A stretch of DNA of 64,000 nt, from the NCBI GenBank assembly GCA_031431355.1, contig JANPDF010000089.1, forward strand, positions 1,490 through 65,489, in the 5' to 3' direction. Positions 47,181 to 56,285 of the stretch are shown here, in pieces. The stretch is from Gammaproteobacteria bacterium (GTDB lineage: Bacteria; Pseudomonadota; Gammaproteobacteria; Xanthomonadales; Xanthomonadaceae). How positions within the stretch are numbered: the stretch's first letter is position 1; each line of letters starts with the position of its first letter. Both the position numbers and the translations under genes were made by a program. Under the pieces are notes generated by a model. It saw nothing but the letters and a program-made list of their open reading frames with translations, was not told the DNA's origin and ran no database searches.

Positions 47181-47743
47181 GGGCCCAACTCGCTGAGCAA
47201 TGTCCGCGGATCGGGGCGCTCGCGTTCCGCCGCCTCGGCCTGGGCGGTGCCGATATGGATGAAACCCAGCACGCACTCGTTCTCCCGCAGGCCGAGCCGA
47301 GCCGCCACCTGAGGATCATAGGCAGCCCAGCCGGTCAGCCACTGGGCGCCAAAGCCGAGTGCGTCGGCTGCCTGCAGGAGCAGCAGGCAGACTGCTCCAC
47401 CGCTCAGGAGTTGTTCCTGCATGGGGATCTTGTGGCCGGGAGTCAGCCGGCCGATGACCGTGATCACGAGCGGGGCGTGATTGAAGCGATTTCGATCCTT
47501 GTCGATCACCGCGGGGAGCGCCTCGGGATCCCGGGCCCGGGTCCGCCCGGCCAGGAACTCGCCCAGATGCCGACGCGCTTCCCCCCGGATGGCCAGGAAA
47601 CGCCAGGGCACCAGCTTGCCGTGGTCGGGCGCGCGCACTGCGCATGACAAAAGCTGGTGGAGCTGCAGGTCGTCCGGACCAGGCTCGGCCAACAGGCGGG
47701 AGGGGGTGGATCGGCGATGGTGCAGGGCTGTGATCAAGTCCAT
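47177..47743 (-). CDS. Nitroreductase-family protein
   Basis: 188 aa with 'HRRST', 'APDHGKL.PWRF' and 'GAQWLTG'. Confidence 0.85.
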   Translation of the reverse strand: MDLITALHHRRSTPSRLLAEPGPDDLQLHQLLSCAVRAPDHGKLVPWRFLAIRGEARRHLGEFLAGRTRARDPEALPAVIDKDRNRFNHAPLVITVIGRLTPGHKIPMQEQLLSGGAVCLLLLQAADALGFGAQWLTGWAAYDPQVAARLGLRENECVLGFIHIGTAQAEAAERERPDPRTLLSELGP

Positions 47744-47894
47744 CGCGGAACTCTACCACCGGCCCCGGACGGCCCTTCGGCCAACGCTCGATGAACCCTT
47801 ATTCAGGAATTGCCAGCGAAATCACATTATCAGGACAAAAATTGCAATACTTTGCCGACAAGCAGAAAACTCTTTCTCCCCCCCGAGAGTCTCC

Positions 47895-50072
47895 ATGAGC
47901 CAGCCGCAGTTTCCAATCCAGGGTCGTTGGGTGTACCAGAACGATCCCGAATTGTTCAATACGCTGCGCAAGCACACTTTGTCGTACTTGCAGAACACGT
48001 TGGGTCGGGTGTTGGGCAAGGCCGACGACTGGTTGTTTGATCTCGCCCAGAAAGAAGGCGCGGTCGCTGGCTCGCCACCGCTGGATGCGATGCGCCTGTT
48101 GCGGCTGTCGCGTTCTGCTTTCGAGTCGGCGTTCACCCGTCATTTCGAGCAGGACTTCGATTACCTTCTGCGCCAGATCGCACAGGTAGGCAAGGGCACG
48201 CATGTCCTCAGCCTGGTCGAGGAAGACCAGCTCGAAGCGCAGCTCGCCTCCGAAGTCTTGGTCGAGGCGCTGGTCCGGGCCCACGGTCCCGCGCTGGAGG
48301 CCATCGAGAAACGCTTCGCCTCGATGGTTGGCGTGGTCGAGTTGCAACCTGGGCAGAATCCGCTCAGCCCGACCAACCTTGCCACCGCGTTGCAGGCAGC
48401 GCAGGGCGAGATTCCCATTCCCGACAACGTGCGGGTGGTTCTGTTCAAGATATACGAACGAGAGTTGGTCGCCACGCTGGGCGAGTTGCTCACCGAGTTG
48501 AACGCGCGGATGGTCAACGCGGGGATACTGCCCGAGCTGGGCAACCCCAAGCCGGCTGATCCCGAGCTTGCGCGCGCCGCCGCAGCACCGGCCTCAGGGC
48601 AGGCAGCACCCGGCGAGCAAGCGCGGCCCGAAACGCCACCCGCCGATGACCGTGCGACCTTCGATGCGCTCTGCCAATTGCTGCACAGCTGGCGTCCGCA
48701 GCATGGCGGTGCCGCCACCGCGGCGGGCGGCGGGCTGTCCGATTCCGGGGCCCCGCGCCGTCCGCTCGCGCTGAATGAAATGATGTCCGTGTTGTCGCTG
48801 CTGCAGCCGTCGGTCCCGCAGGCCGTGCATGAAGCGATGGGTAATAACGATGCCTCGCTGTCGCAGCTGATGAAGAACGAGATGCTGCAAAGCGCTGGCC
48901 GGATCGGCGTGGCGCCGGACCAGGTCCGCATGTCCGCCGAGCACGAAGACGCGGTCGACCTGGTCGGCATGCTGTTCGACGTGCTGTTCGACGAGCGCGA
49001 TTTCGAAGCGCAGTCGCGCACGCTGATTTCCCGGCTGGTGGTGCCCTACGTTAAGGCGGCGGTGATGGACCGTCGCATGTTCCAGTACAAGACGCATCCG
49101 GCGCGGCGCCTGCTCAACTCGCTTTCCGAAGCGGTCGAGGGCAACAAGGGCGAGGGTCCGCAGGAACGCGAGCTGCTGCACAAGGCCGAGGAAACCGTCG
49201 ACCGCCTGGTCGCCGATTTCAACGAGGACATCGCGATCTTCGAGACGCTCGAGCAGGAGCTGCGCTCCTTCCTGGAGCAGCACAACCGCCGGATCGAGCT
49301 GGCCGAGCGCCGCGCTACCGAATCCCAGCGTGGCCAGGAGCGCCTGGAGCAGGCGCGCACGCTGGCAGCTTCCGAGCTCAGCCGCCGGATCGATGGCCAG
49401 GACCTGCCGGTTGCCCTTGGCGATTTCCTGTCGCGCAGCTGGTCGCACCACCTGTCCATGATTGCACTGCGCGAGGGCCCCGACAGCAGCGCGTGGAATG
49501 CCGCGCTAGCCGTCGCCGATACGCTGCTCGACTTGCTGCCCAAGGAAGGTCGTCCGACGCGTAGCGCCAACTCCGCCCTGCAGAACCTGCGCGAGCCGAT
49601 GGAAAGCGTGCTGGCGAGCTCCGGTATCACCGGTGAGTCGGCCGGCGAAACCATTCGTGGCCTCGCCGCCAGTATCGAGGCGGCAAATGCCACTCCCGAT
49701 CGCGCCGACAAGCCCACGATCGTTTCTGCCGCCACCGCGGAACCGCGTCCGGCGCTGGTCATTGTCTCCGACAAGGAACGCCTGGACTACAACGAAGACG
49801 ACCTGGCCCTGCTCCGTGCGCTGAAGATCGGCACCTGGCTCGACCTGGCGGGCGAAGACCAGAAGCTGCACCCGGCCAAGTTGTCGTGGGTCAGTCCGAT
49901 CTCGTCGCGCCTGATGTTCGTGAACCGCCGCGGTGTTCGCATCCTTGTCGCGTCGGTGGAAGAGCTGGCGGCGATGAAGAAGCTCGGCCACCTCGTCCTG
50001 CGCGAGCAGGACCAGGTGTTTGATCAGGTCCTGCACCGGGTCATGGACCGTCTGCAGAACGACGTCGCCTGA
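47895..50072 (+). CDS. DUF1631-family protein
   Basis: 725 aa. The ATG at 47895 follows an AT-richer leader. The family was recognised from memory by overall layout (N-terminal 'ADDWLFDLAQKEG', central P/A-rich segment, helical C-terminal half). Confidence 0.75.
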   Translation: MSQPQFPIQGRWVYQNDPELFNTLRKHTLSYLQNTLGRVLGKADDWLFDLAQKEGAVAGSPPLDAMRLLRLSRSAFESAFTRHFEQDFDYLLRQIAQVGKGTHVLSLVEEDQLEAQLASEVLVEALVRAHGPALEAIEKRFASMVGVVELQPGQNPLSPTNLATALQAAQGEIPIPDNVRVVLFKIYERELVATLGELLTELNARMVNAGILPELGNPKPADPELARAAAAPASGQAAPGEQARPETPPADDRATFDALCQLLHSWRPQHGGAATAAGGGLSDSGAPRRPLALNEMMSVLSLLQPSVPQAVHEAMGNNDASLSQLMKNEMLQSAGRIGVAPDQVRMSAEHEDAVDLVGMLFDVLFDERDFEAQSRTLISRLVVPYVKAAVMDRRMFQYKTHPARRLLNSLSEAVEGNKGEGPQERELLHKAEETVDRLVADFNEDIAIFETLEQELRSFLEQHNRRIELAERRATESQRGQERLEQARTLAASELSRRIDGQDLPVALGDFLSRSWSHHLSMIALREGPDSSAWNAALAVADTLLDLLPKEGRPTRSANSALQNLREPMESVLASSGITGESAGETIRGLAASIEAANATPDRADKPTIVSAATAEPRPALVIVSDKERLDYNEDDLALLRALKIGTWLDLAGEDQKLHPAKLSWVSPISSRLMFVNRRGVRILVASVEELAAMKKLGHLVLREQDQVFDQVLHRVMDRLQNDVA

Positions 50073-50080
50073 GCTCCTGG

Positions 50081-50097
50081 CCCCGGCCGTGCCGGGG
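50081..50097 (+). terminator. GC hairpin after the DUF1631 gene (weak terminator candidate, no U-tract)
   Basis: CCCCGGC-cgt-GCCGGGG, 9 nt after the stop codon. Confidence 0.3.
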
Positions 50098-50159
50098 ACG
50101 AGGCGAAACACCTTCGCATCCGGTAGCATCCCTTCCATTGGTTCGGAGAGGACGCGTGC

Positions 50160-51260
50160 ATGCCGGTGACCGTTGCATTCGTGTGCGAGACAGCTGCCGG
50201 CGAACGCAGGGCGGCGCTTACGCCTGAAACCTGCAAGAAGTTGATCGGCAAGCAGGCCCGGGTGGTCATCGAGCGCGGCGCGGGTAAGCCCGCCAGCTTT
50301 CCGGACGAAACCTATCTGGGTGCCGAGATCGCGAGCGACCGCGCGGCAACCATCGCGCAGGCCGACATCCTGGTCTGTGTACAGCCACCGTCGAATGCCG
50401 AGCTGCGGACAATGAAGGCAGGTGCCGTGCTGGTCGGGCTGCTTGCCCCGCAAGCCGACGCGGGACGCGTGGACGCCTTGGGCGCCGCGCAGGTCAGCGC
50501 ATTCTCGCTTGAGCGCCTGCCCAGGACGACGCGTGCGCAAGCCATGGACGTGCTCAGCTCGCAAGCGGGAATGGCCGGCTACAAGGCTGTGCTGATCGCA
50601 GCGCAGCTGGCACCTCGATTCTTTCCGATGCTGACCACGGCGGCGGGTACCATCCGTCCGTCCCGCGTGCTGATCGTCGGTGCCGGCGTGGCCGGCCTGC
50701 AGGCCATTGCCACGGCGCGTCGCCTGGGTGCACAGGTCGAAGGCTTCGACGTCCGTCCTGAAACGCGTGAGCAGATTGAGTCGCTGGGCGGCAAGTTCGT
50801 CGACCTGGGCGTGTCGGCCAAGGGCGAAGGCGGCTATGCGCGCGAACTCACTGCCGAAGAACGGGCCGAACAGCAACGGCGGCTCGCCGAGCACGTGAAG
50901 AACGTCGATGTCATCGTGACCACGGCGGCGGTGCCGGGCCGCCCCGCCCCGAAGATAATCACTGAGTCGATGGTTTCAGGAATGAAACCTGGCAGCGTCA
51001 TCGTCGACCTGGCAGCGGAGTCAGGTGGCAATTGCGAAGCGACGCAGCCAGGCGAGAACATCGACGTTGGCGGTGTGACAGTGGCCGGGCCTCTCAACCT
51101 CGCGAGCATGGGCGCCCTGCACGCCAGCGAAATGTATGCCCGCAACGTGTTCAATTTCCTGGCACTGATGCTTGGTGAAGACGGCAGCTGCAAACTCGAC
51201 TGGAACGACGAGTTGATCGCCAAAACCTGCCTCACCCACGACGGCAAGCCCCCGGCCTAG
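50160..51260 (+). CDS. pntAA: NAD(P) transhydrogenase subunit alpha part 1 (PntAA, dI)
   Basis: 366 aa. Alanine-dehydrogenase/PNT fold, 'VLIVGAGVAGLQAIATARRLGA', 'DVIVTTAAVPGRPAP'. Confidence 0.92.
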   Translation: MPVTVAFVCETAAGERRAALTPETCKKLIGKQARVVIERGAGKPASFPDETYLGAEIASDRAATIAQADILVCVQPPSNAELRTMKAGAVLVGLLAPQADAGRVDALGAAQVSAFSLERLPRTTRAQAMDVLSSQAGMAGYKAVLIAAQLAPRFFPMLTTAAGTIRPSRVLIVGAGVAGLQAIATARRLGAQVEGFDVRPETREQIESLGGKFVDLGVSAKGEGGYARELTAEERAEQQRRLAEHVKNVDVIVTTAAVPGRPAPKIITESMVSGMKPGSVIVDLAAESGGNCEATQPGENIDVGGVTVAGPLNLASMGALHASEMYARNVFNFLALMLGEDGSCKLDWNDELIAKTCLTHDGKPPA

Positions 51261-51712
51261 CCGCCCGGAGGCGGCGCGGCAAGCCCCGGGCCGCCACGCT
51301 CCAGCCATAGCCGGCGCTGTTCGGGAGTCAGCGTTCGCCATGCGTGCCGCAACCGCGCCTGCTCCTCCTCGGGTAGCGCTCGAACGGTGTGCAGGCTGGC
51401 ACGCATCTTCTCGCGCTGACGAGGGCTCATCTGGCTGAAGTTGCGCGCACCGTCGCGCAGGGCGCGACGCTTGCCCTCGGGCAAGTGTTGCCAACGGGTG
51501 TAGCGTTCCAGGATCAGGGCGCGACGGGCAGGGGGAAGCCGATGCCAGCGGTGGGCAAATGGCGCCAGGTCGGCGCGCTCGCGCGGCCCCAGTTGCGACC
51601 ACTCCAGTTGCGCCGCCGGTTCCGGAATGCGCTCAGCGCGCTTCGCGACTGCCGGTGCAGCCACCAGTGACAGCAACGCGGCCAGCACCAATGCCATCCG
51701 AAGCCGGATCAC
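51257..51712 (-). CDS. DUF3106-family secreted helical-repeat protein
   Basis: The GTG start gives signal peptide 'MIRLRMALVLAALLSLVAAPAVA' (GTGA overlap). Repeated 'W..L.P..R' helices. The stop overlaps the pntAA stop in CTAG. Confidence 0.7.
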   Translation of the reverse strand: MIRLRMALVLAALLSLVAAPAVAKRAERIPEPAAQLEWSQLGPRERADLAPFAHRWHRLPPARRALILERYTRWQHLPEGKRRALRDGARNFSQMSPRQREKMRASLHTVRALPEEEQARLRHAWRTLTPEQRRLWLERGGPGLAAPPPGG

Positions 51713-52089
51713 AGCGACTCTCCGGGCGATGCGTCCACTGCAACTGGGCCTTCGCCTAGCCAGGCATATAGCTCGGCGTCGTCCGCCACTGCGAGGGCCG
51801 CATCCTCCGGTGGCGCCGATTCGGCGACTGGAGCCACTTGCGCCTGCCGTGAGGACGGCCGCATCCACGTCAGCGCGGCGACCAGCAGCGACGCCGCCAG
51901 TATTCCGGTGGGCCACCGCCAGGCGGCCTCGCCAGGCGTGTCGGCCGTCAAGGCGTCGCGGCGCATGACGCGCAAGCGGTTCGTCGTGGCGACATCCAGT
52001 TGCTCGGCTGAGCGCGCAAACAGCGCTCGAACTTTGTCCAGGTCCTCTGGCCGCATGGGCGGCGGTGCAGTTGAGCCAGTCTCTTTCAT
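51709..52089 (-). CDS. DUF3619-family single-TM protein (putative anti-sigma partner)
   Basis: 126 aa with one TM ('WPTGILAASLLVAALTW'). ATGA overlap with the ECF sigma gene. The family name is from memory. Confidence 0.65.
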   Translation of the reverse strand: MKETGSTAPPPMRPEDLDKVRALFARSAEQLDVATTNRLRVMRRDALTADTPGEAAWRWPTGILAASLLVAALTWMRPSSRQAQVAPVAESAPPEDAALAVADDAELYAWLGEGPVAVDASPGESL

Positions 52090-52664
52090 CGCCAGTCCTC
52101 CATCAGTGCGCGCAGCGCTGTCATCGCCCGGAACAGGTGAGTCTTCACCGAACCTTGCGAACAACCCATCACCCGGGCCGTCTCCGCCACGTCCAGTCCT
52201 TGCAGTTCGCGCAGCAGGAAGCACTCGCGCTGCCGGCGCGGCAGGGCGCGCAGGGCCTTGCCCAGTGCTTGCCAGGCGTCGGCGTCGACCAGATGCTGGG
52301 CGGGATCGTGGCGCGGGTCCGCATGGCGCTCCAGCAGGTCGTCCGGGGTCGCATCGCCACGGCCAAGCGCGACCATCACCCGCCGCTTCACCGTGTTGCG
52401 CCGGTGCCGATCAGTAATTTGCCGCCGCAGGATGCTCCAGAACAATGGCGACCAGTCGCCGGCCGGCCGATGCCGATAACGCAGCAGCTTGATCATCGCC
52501 TCCTGCACGGCGTCGAGTGCATCCTCGCGCTGTCCCAGCGCCAGTTCCGCCAGCCGGAACGCGCGACGCTCCACCCCGGCCAGGAACTCGTCCAGGTTCC
52601 GCGGCATCGAATCCGCAGGCGGCAGGGTCAGGGGCGGCGCTTCAGGTCGAGTCATCGCATCCAT
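52086..52664 (-). CDS. ECF-type RNA polymerase sigma-70 family factor
   Basis: Region 2 'DALDAVQEAMIKLL...WSPLFWSILRRQI.DRHRR'. Region 4 'LPRRQRECFLLRELQGLDVAETARVMGCSQGSVKTHLFRA'. Possible starts are 52664 or 52655 (ATG) or 52673 (TTG). Confidence 0.9.
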   Translation of the reverse strand: MDAMTRPEAPPLTLPPADSMPRNLDEFLAGVERRAFRLAELALGQREDALDAVQEAMIKLLRYRHRPAGDWSPLFWSILRRQITDRHRRNTVKRRVMVALGRGDATPDDLLERHADPRHDPAQHLVDADAWQALGKALRALPRRQRECFLLRELQGLDVAETARVMGCSQGSVKTHLFRAMTALRALMEDWR

Positions 52665-52700
52665 CGTGGCCAAGTCCGGTGCAGGGCGACATCGTATCCA

Positions 52701-52726
52701 AACGCAGCACAGCCGGCCCGGTTGAC
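52701..52726 (-). promoter_or_regulatory. ECF-like promoter motif GTCAAC-N16-CGTT upstream of the ECF sigma gene (speculative)
   Basis: The minus strand reads 'GTCAACcgggccggctgtgctgCGTT' about 40 nt upstream of the ATG. It resembles the generic ECF 'AAC-N16/17-CGT' architecture. Confidence 0.25.
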
Positions 52727-52793
52727 GACTGGCGTCGCGGAGCGGGGCAGCGGTTATGATGGCAGCGCGCCGTTGCCGGGGAGGTTTGCGCCG

Positions 52794-53083
52794 ATGGATG
52801 GGTTTCTAGCGCTCTACGTGTTCATGCTCGCTGCCTTCACCGGCTACGAGATCATCGGCCGGGTCCCGGTAATCCTGCACACGCCCCTGATGTCGGGCTC
52901 CAACTTCGTGCACGGGATCGTGCTGGTCGGCGCGATGGTGGTGCTCGGCCACGCCGACAGCACTTTCGAGAAAGTGATCGGCTTCATCGCCGTGCTGCTG
53001 GGTGCCGGCAATGCTGCCGGCGGTTACGTGGTGACCGAACGCATGCTGGAAATGTTCAAGTCCAGCAAGAAAGAGGAAACCAA

Positions 53084-53087
<4 letters not shown>
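52794..53087 (+). CDS. pntAB: NAD(P) transhydrogenase subunit alpha part 2 (PntAB)
   Basis: 97 aa. SD 'GGGGAGG' upstream. Three TM helices 'LYVFMLAAFTGYEIIG', 'SGSNFVHGIVLVGAM', 'GFIAVLLGAGNAAGGY'. Confidence 0.9.
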
Positions 53088-54496
<1,409 letters not shown>

Positions 54497-54500
54497 CCGG

Positions 54501-54941
54501 CTAGCCCTTCTCCGACCGGGCGCTGCGCCAGGGTTGGGCGAGGATCGCTGCGAGCGGCAGCGACGACATCAGCCAGACCCAGTCGACCTGGTCCAGGCTC
54601 AGCCTGGTCAACTGCCAGGCCAGCGACGGTCCGAGTCGCAATGCTGAATCCATCGGCCCGAGCCCGAGCGCGAAACCGAGCTGGGTGGAAACGATGAGCC
54701 ACTGCGACAGCGACACCGCCAGTGCGGTCGCCACTGCCGCCGCGATGACGCGCGCCGGTCCGGTTGGCGCGCCGGTGAGGCGCAGCAGGAATGCCATGTC
54801 GAGTGCCGCCAGCAGGGCGAGCCAGCTGCACGGACGATTGAACATGATTGCCGCCATCACCCAGACCGCGCTCATTCCCAGGATCCCGACGAGCAGGGCG
54901 ATCCCAGGCAGCAGCCACGGTGCCGCGTTATTTCTGGGCAA
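54501..54941 (-). CDS. Hypothetical inner-membrane protein
   Basis: 146 aa with 4 hydrophobic helices. TTG start (an ATG further in is possible). No recognisable family. Confidence 0.5.
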   Translation of the reverse strand: MPRNNAAPWLLPGIALLVGILGMSAVWVMAAIMFNRPCSWLALLAALDMAFLLRLTGAPTGPARVIAAAVATALAVSLSQWLIVSTQLGFALGLGPMDSALRLGPSLAWQLTRLSLDQVDWVWLMSSLPLAAILAQPWRSARSEKG

Positions 54942-55005
54942 ATCGGTGTCCTCGCATCGGCAAAGGCTAAAATAGCCCTGATCGCCGATTTTCGATAGGA
55001 AGCTC

Positions 55006-55560
55006 GTGTCTTATTCCCGTACCAGCGAACCGGTCAAGTTCGAACGCGACTGCCCGGCTGTCCTCGTGCCGCAGGGGGAGGTGGTATCCCTTCCGGCTGG
55101 CAGCGTGGGCTACATCACGCAGGCGCTGGGCGGATCATTCACCGTGTTCGTGGAAGGCAACCTGTTCCGCATCGCCGGCGAGGACGCGGACGCCATCGGC
55201 AAGCCGCGGCCCGAGGCCCTGCACCTTGACGAGGGTGCCGGCGACGAGGCGGTGGAGAAACTCGTCTGGGAACAGTTGCGCACCTGCTTCGACCCGGAAA
55301 TTCCGATCAACGTTGTCGAACTCGGGCTGGTGTACGCCTGCGACCTTGAGCCGCTCGCTGACGGGCAGCGCAAGGTCAGCATCCGGATGACGCTGACAGC
55401 GCCAGGCTGCGGCATGGGTGAGATTCTGGTCGAGGACGTCCGCAGCAAGGTGGAGCGGGTCCCCACGGTCACCGAGGCCGATGTCGAACTGGTATTCGAC
55501 CCGCCCTGGAACCAGAGCATGATGTCCGAGGCGGCGCGCCTGGAAACTGGCATGCTATAG
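55006..55560 (+). CDS. sufT: Putative Fe-S cluster assembly protein SufT (DUF59/MIP18 family)
   Basis: GTG start preceded by 'AGGAAG'. DUF59 motif 'DPEIPINVVELGLVY' and 'MTLTAPGCGMG'. Confidence 0.8.
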   Translation: MSYSRTSEPVKFERDCPAVLVPQGEVVSLPAGSVGYITQALGGSFTVFVEGNLFRIAGEDADAIGKPRPEALHLDEGAGDEAVEKLVWEQLRTCFDPEIPINVVELGLVYACDLEPLADGQRKVSIRMTLTAPGCGMGEILVEDVRSKVERVPTVTEADVELVFDPPWNQSMMSEAARLETGML

Positions 55561-55581
55561 GGAACACTAGGGAGGTTCGCC

Positions 55582-55986
55582 ATGGGCAAGCGTTTCCGGG
55601 CTTTTTTGATGGTGGTCACCGCGTTGTTCTTCGCGTACGACTTCTACCTCTGGGGTGGGGTGGCGATCACGCCGACCATCGGCGAACGACTGCGGCAGGA
55701 GGCCATCTTCGAAAGTCCCATCGCGGCCAGCTACCTTTTCCTGGGCAGGCACAGCGTCGATACCCTGCGCCGCAAGGACCAGGCCATGGCGTTTGCGGCC
55801 AAGCGCTTTCCGCAGCAGATTCCCGGGGATGGCGAGCCGAACGGGATCAGCGTTCGCGGATTCCTGGCTGCGCAAAGCGCGTCCGGCACGCTCATGTACT
55901 ACGGCGCGCCCCTGCTGCTGCTGTTGAGCCTGGTGCTACACGCCACGCGGCAAAAGCCCATCCGAAGCTTCGGAACCAAGGGCTGA
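55582..55986 (+). CDS. Hypothetical membrane protein
   Basis: 134 aa. SD 'GGGAGG' lies 8 nt upstream. N- and C-terminal hydrophobic helices. Confidence 0.5.
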   Translation: MGKRFRAFLMVVTALFFAYDFYLWGGVAITPTIGERLRQEAIFESPIAASYLFLGRHSVDTLRRKDQAMAFAAKRFPQQIPGDGEPNGISVRGFLAAQSASGTLMYYGAPLLLLLSLVLHATRQKPIRSFGTKG

Positions 55987-56285
55987 CGCCGATTCCGGCC
56001 CCTGGGCCGTAAATCATATTCAACACCCAAGCCGCTGCCCTCCGGACTGCTGCATTGCAGCGTGACCCGTGACGAAGGTCACGTTAGGTTCGCCGGCGAG
56101 TGATGGTTGTGTGAATCCCATCACACGGTCCGGGTAGGTGTTTCGTTTCCTGTGTGCAAATTTCTGGGGTCGACTCCACGACCCCGCAGGGGATGGCGTG
56201 CGTCAGTAACCCGGAAGCAAGGAAGCAAGGAAATACGTTTGGCCGCACCAGCGGCTACCGAACCACTTATCCGGGGAATCAAACT

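Noticed and set aside
47840-47856. Sigma54-like GG-N-TTGC element ('GGacaaaaaTTGC') upstream of the DUF1631 gene.
   Set aside because: The GG-to-GC spacing is one nucleotide short of the -24/-12 consensus, and the -24 element lacks TGGCAC.
52722-52760. TTGACG ... TATGAT as a sigma70 promoter for pntAB.
   Set aside because: The hexamers are 27 nt apart, far from the 16-18 nt optimum.
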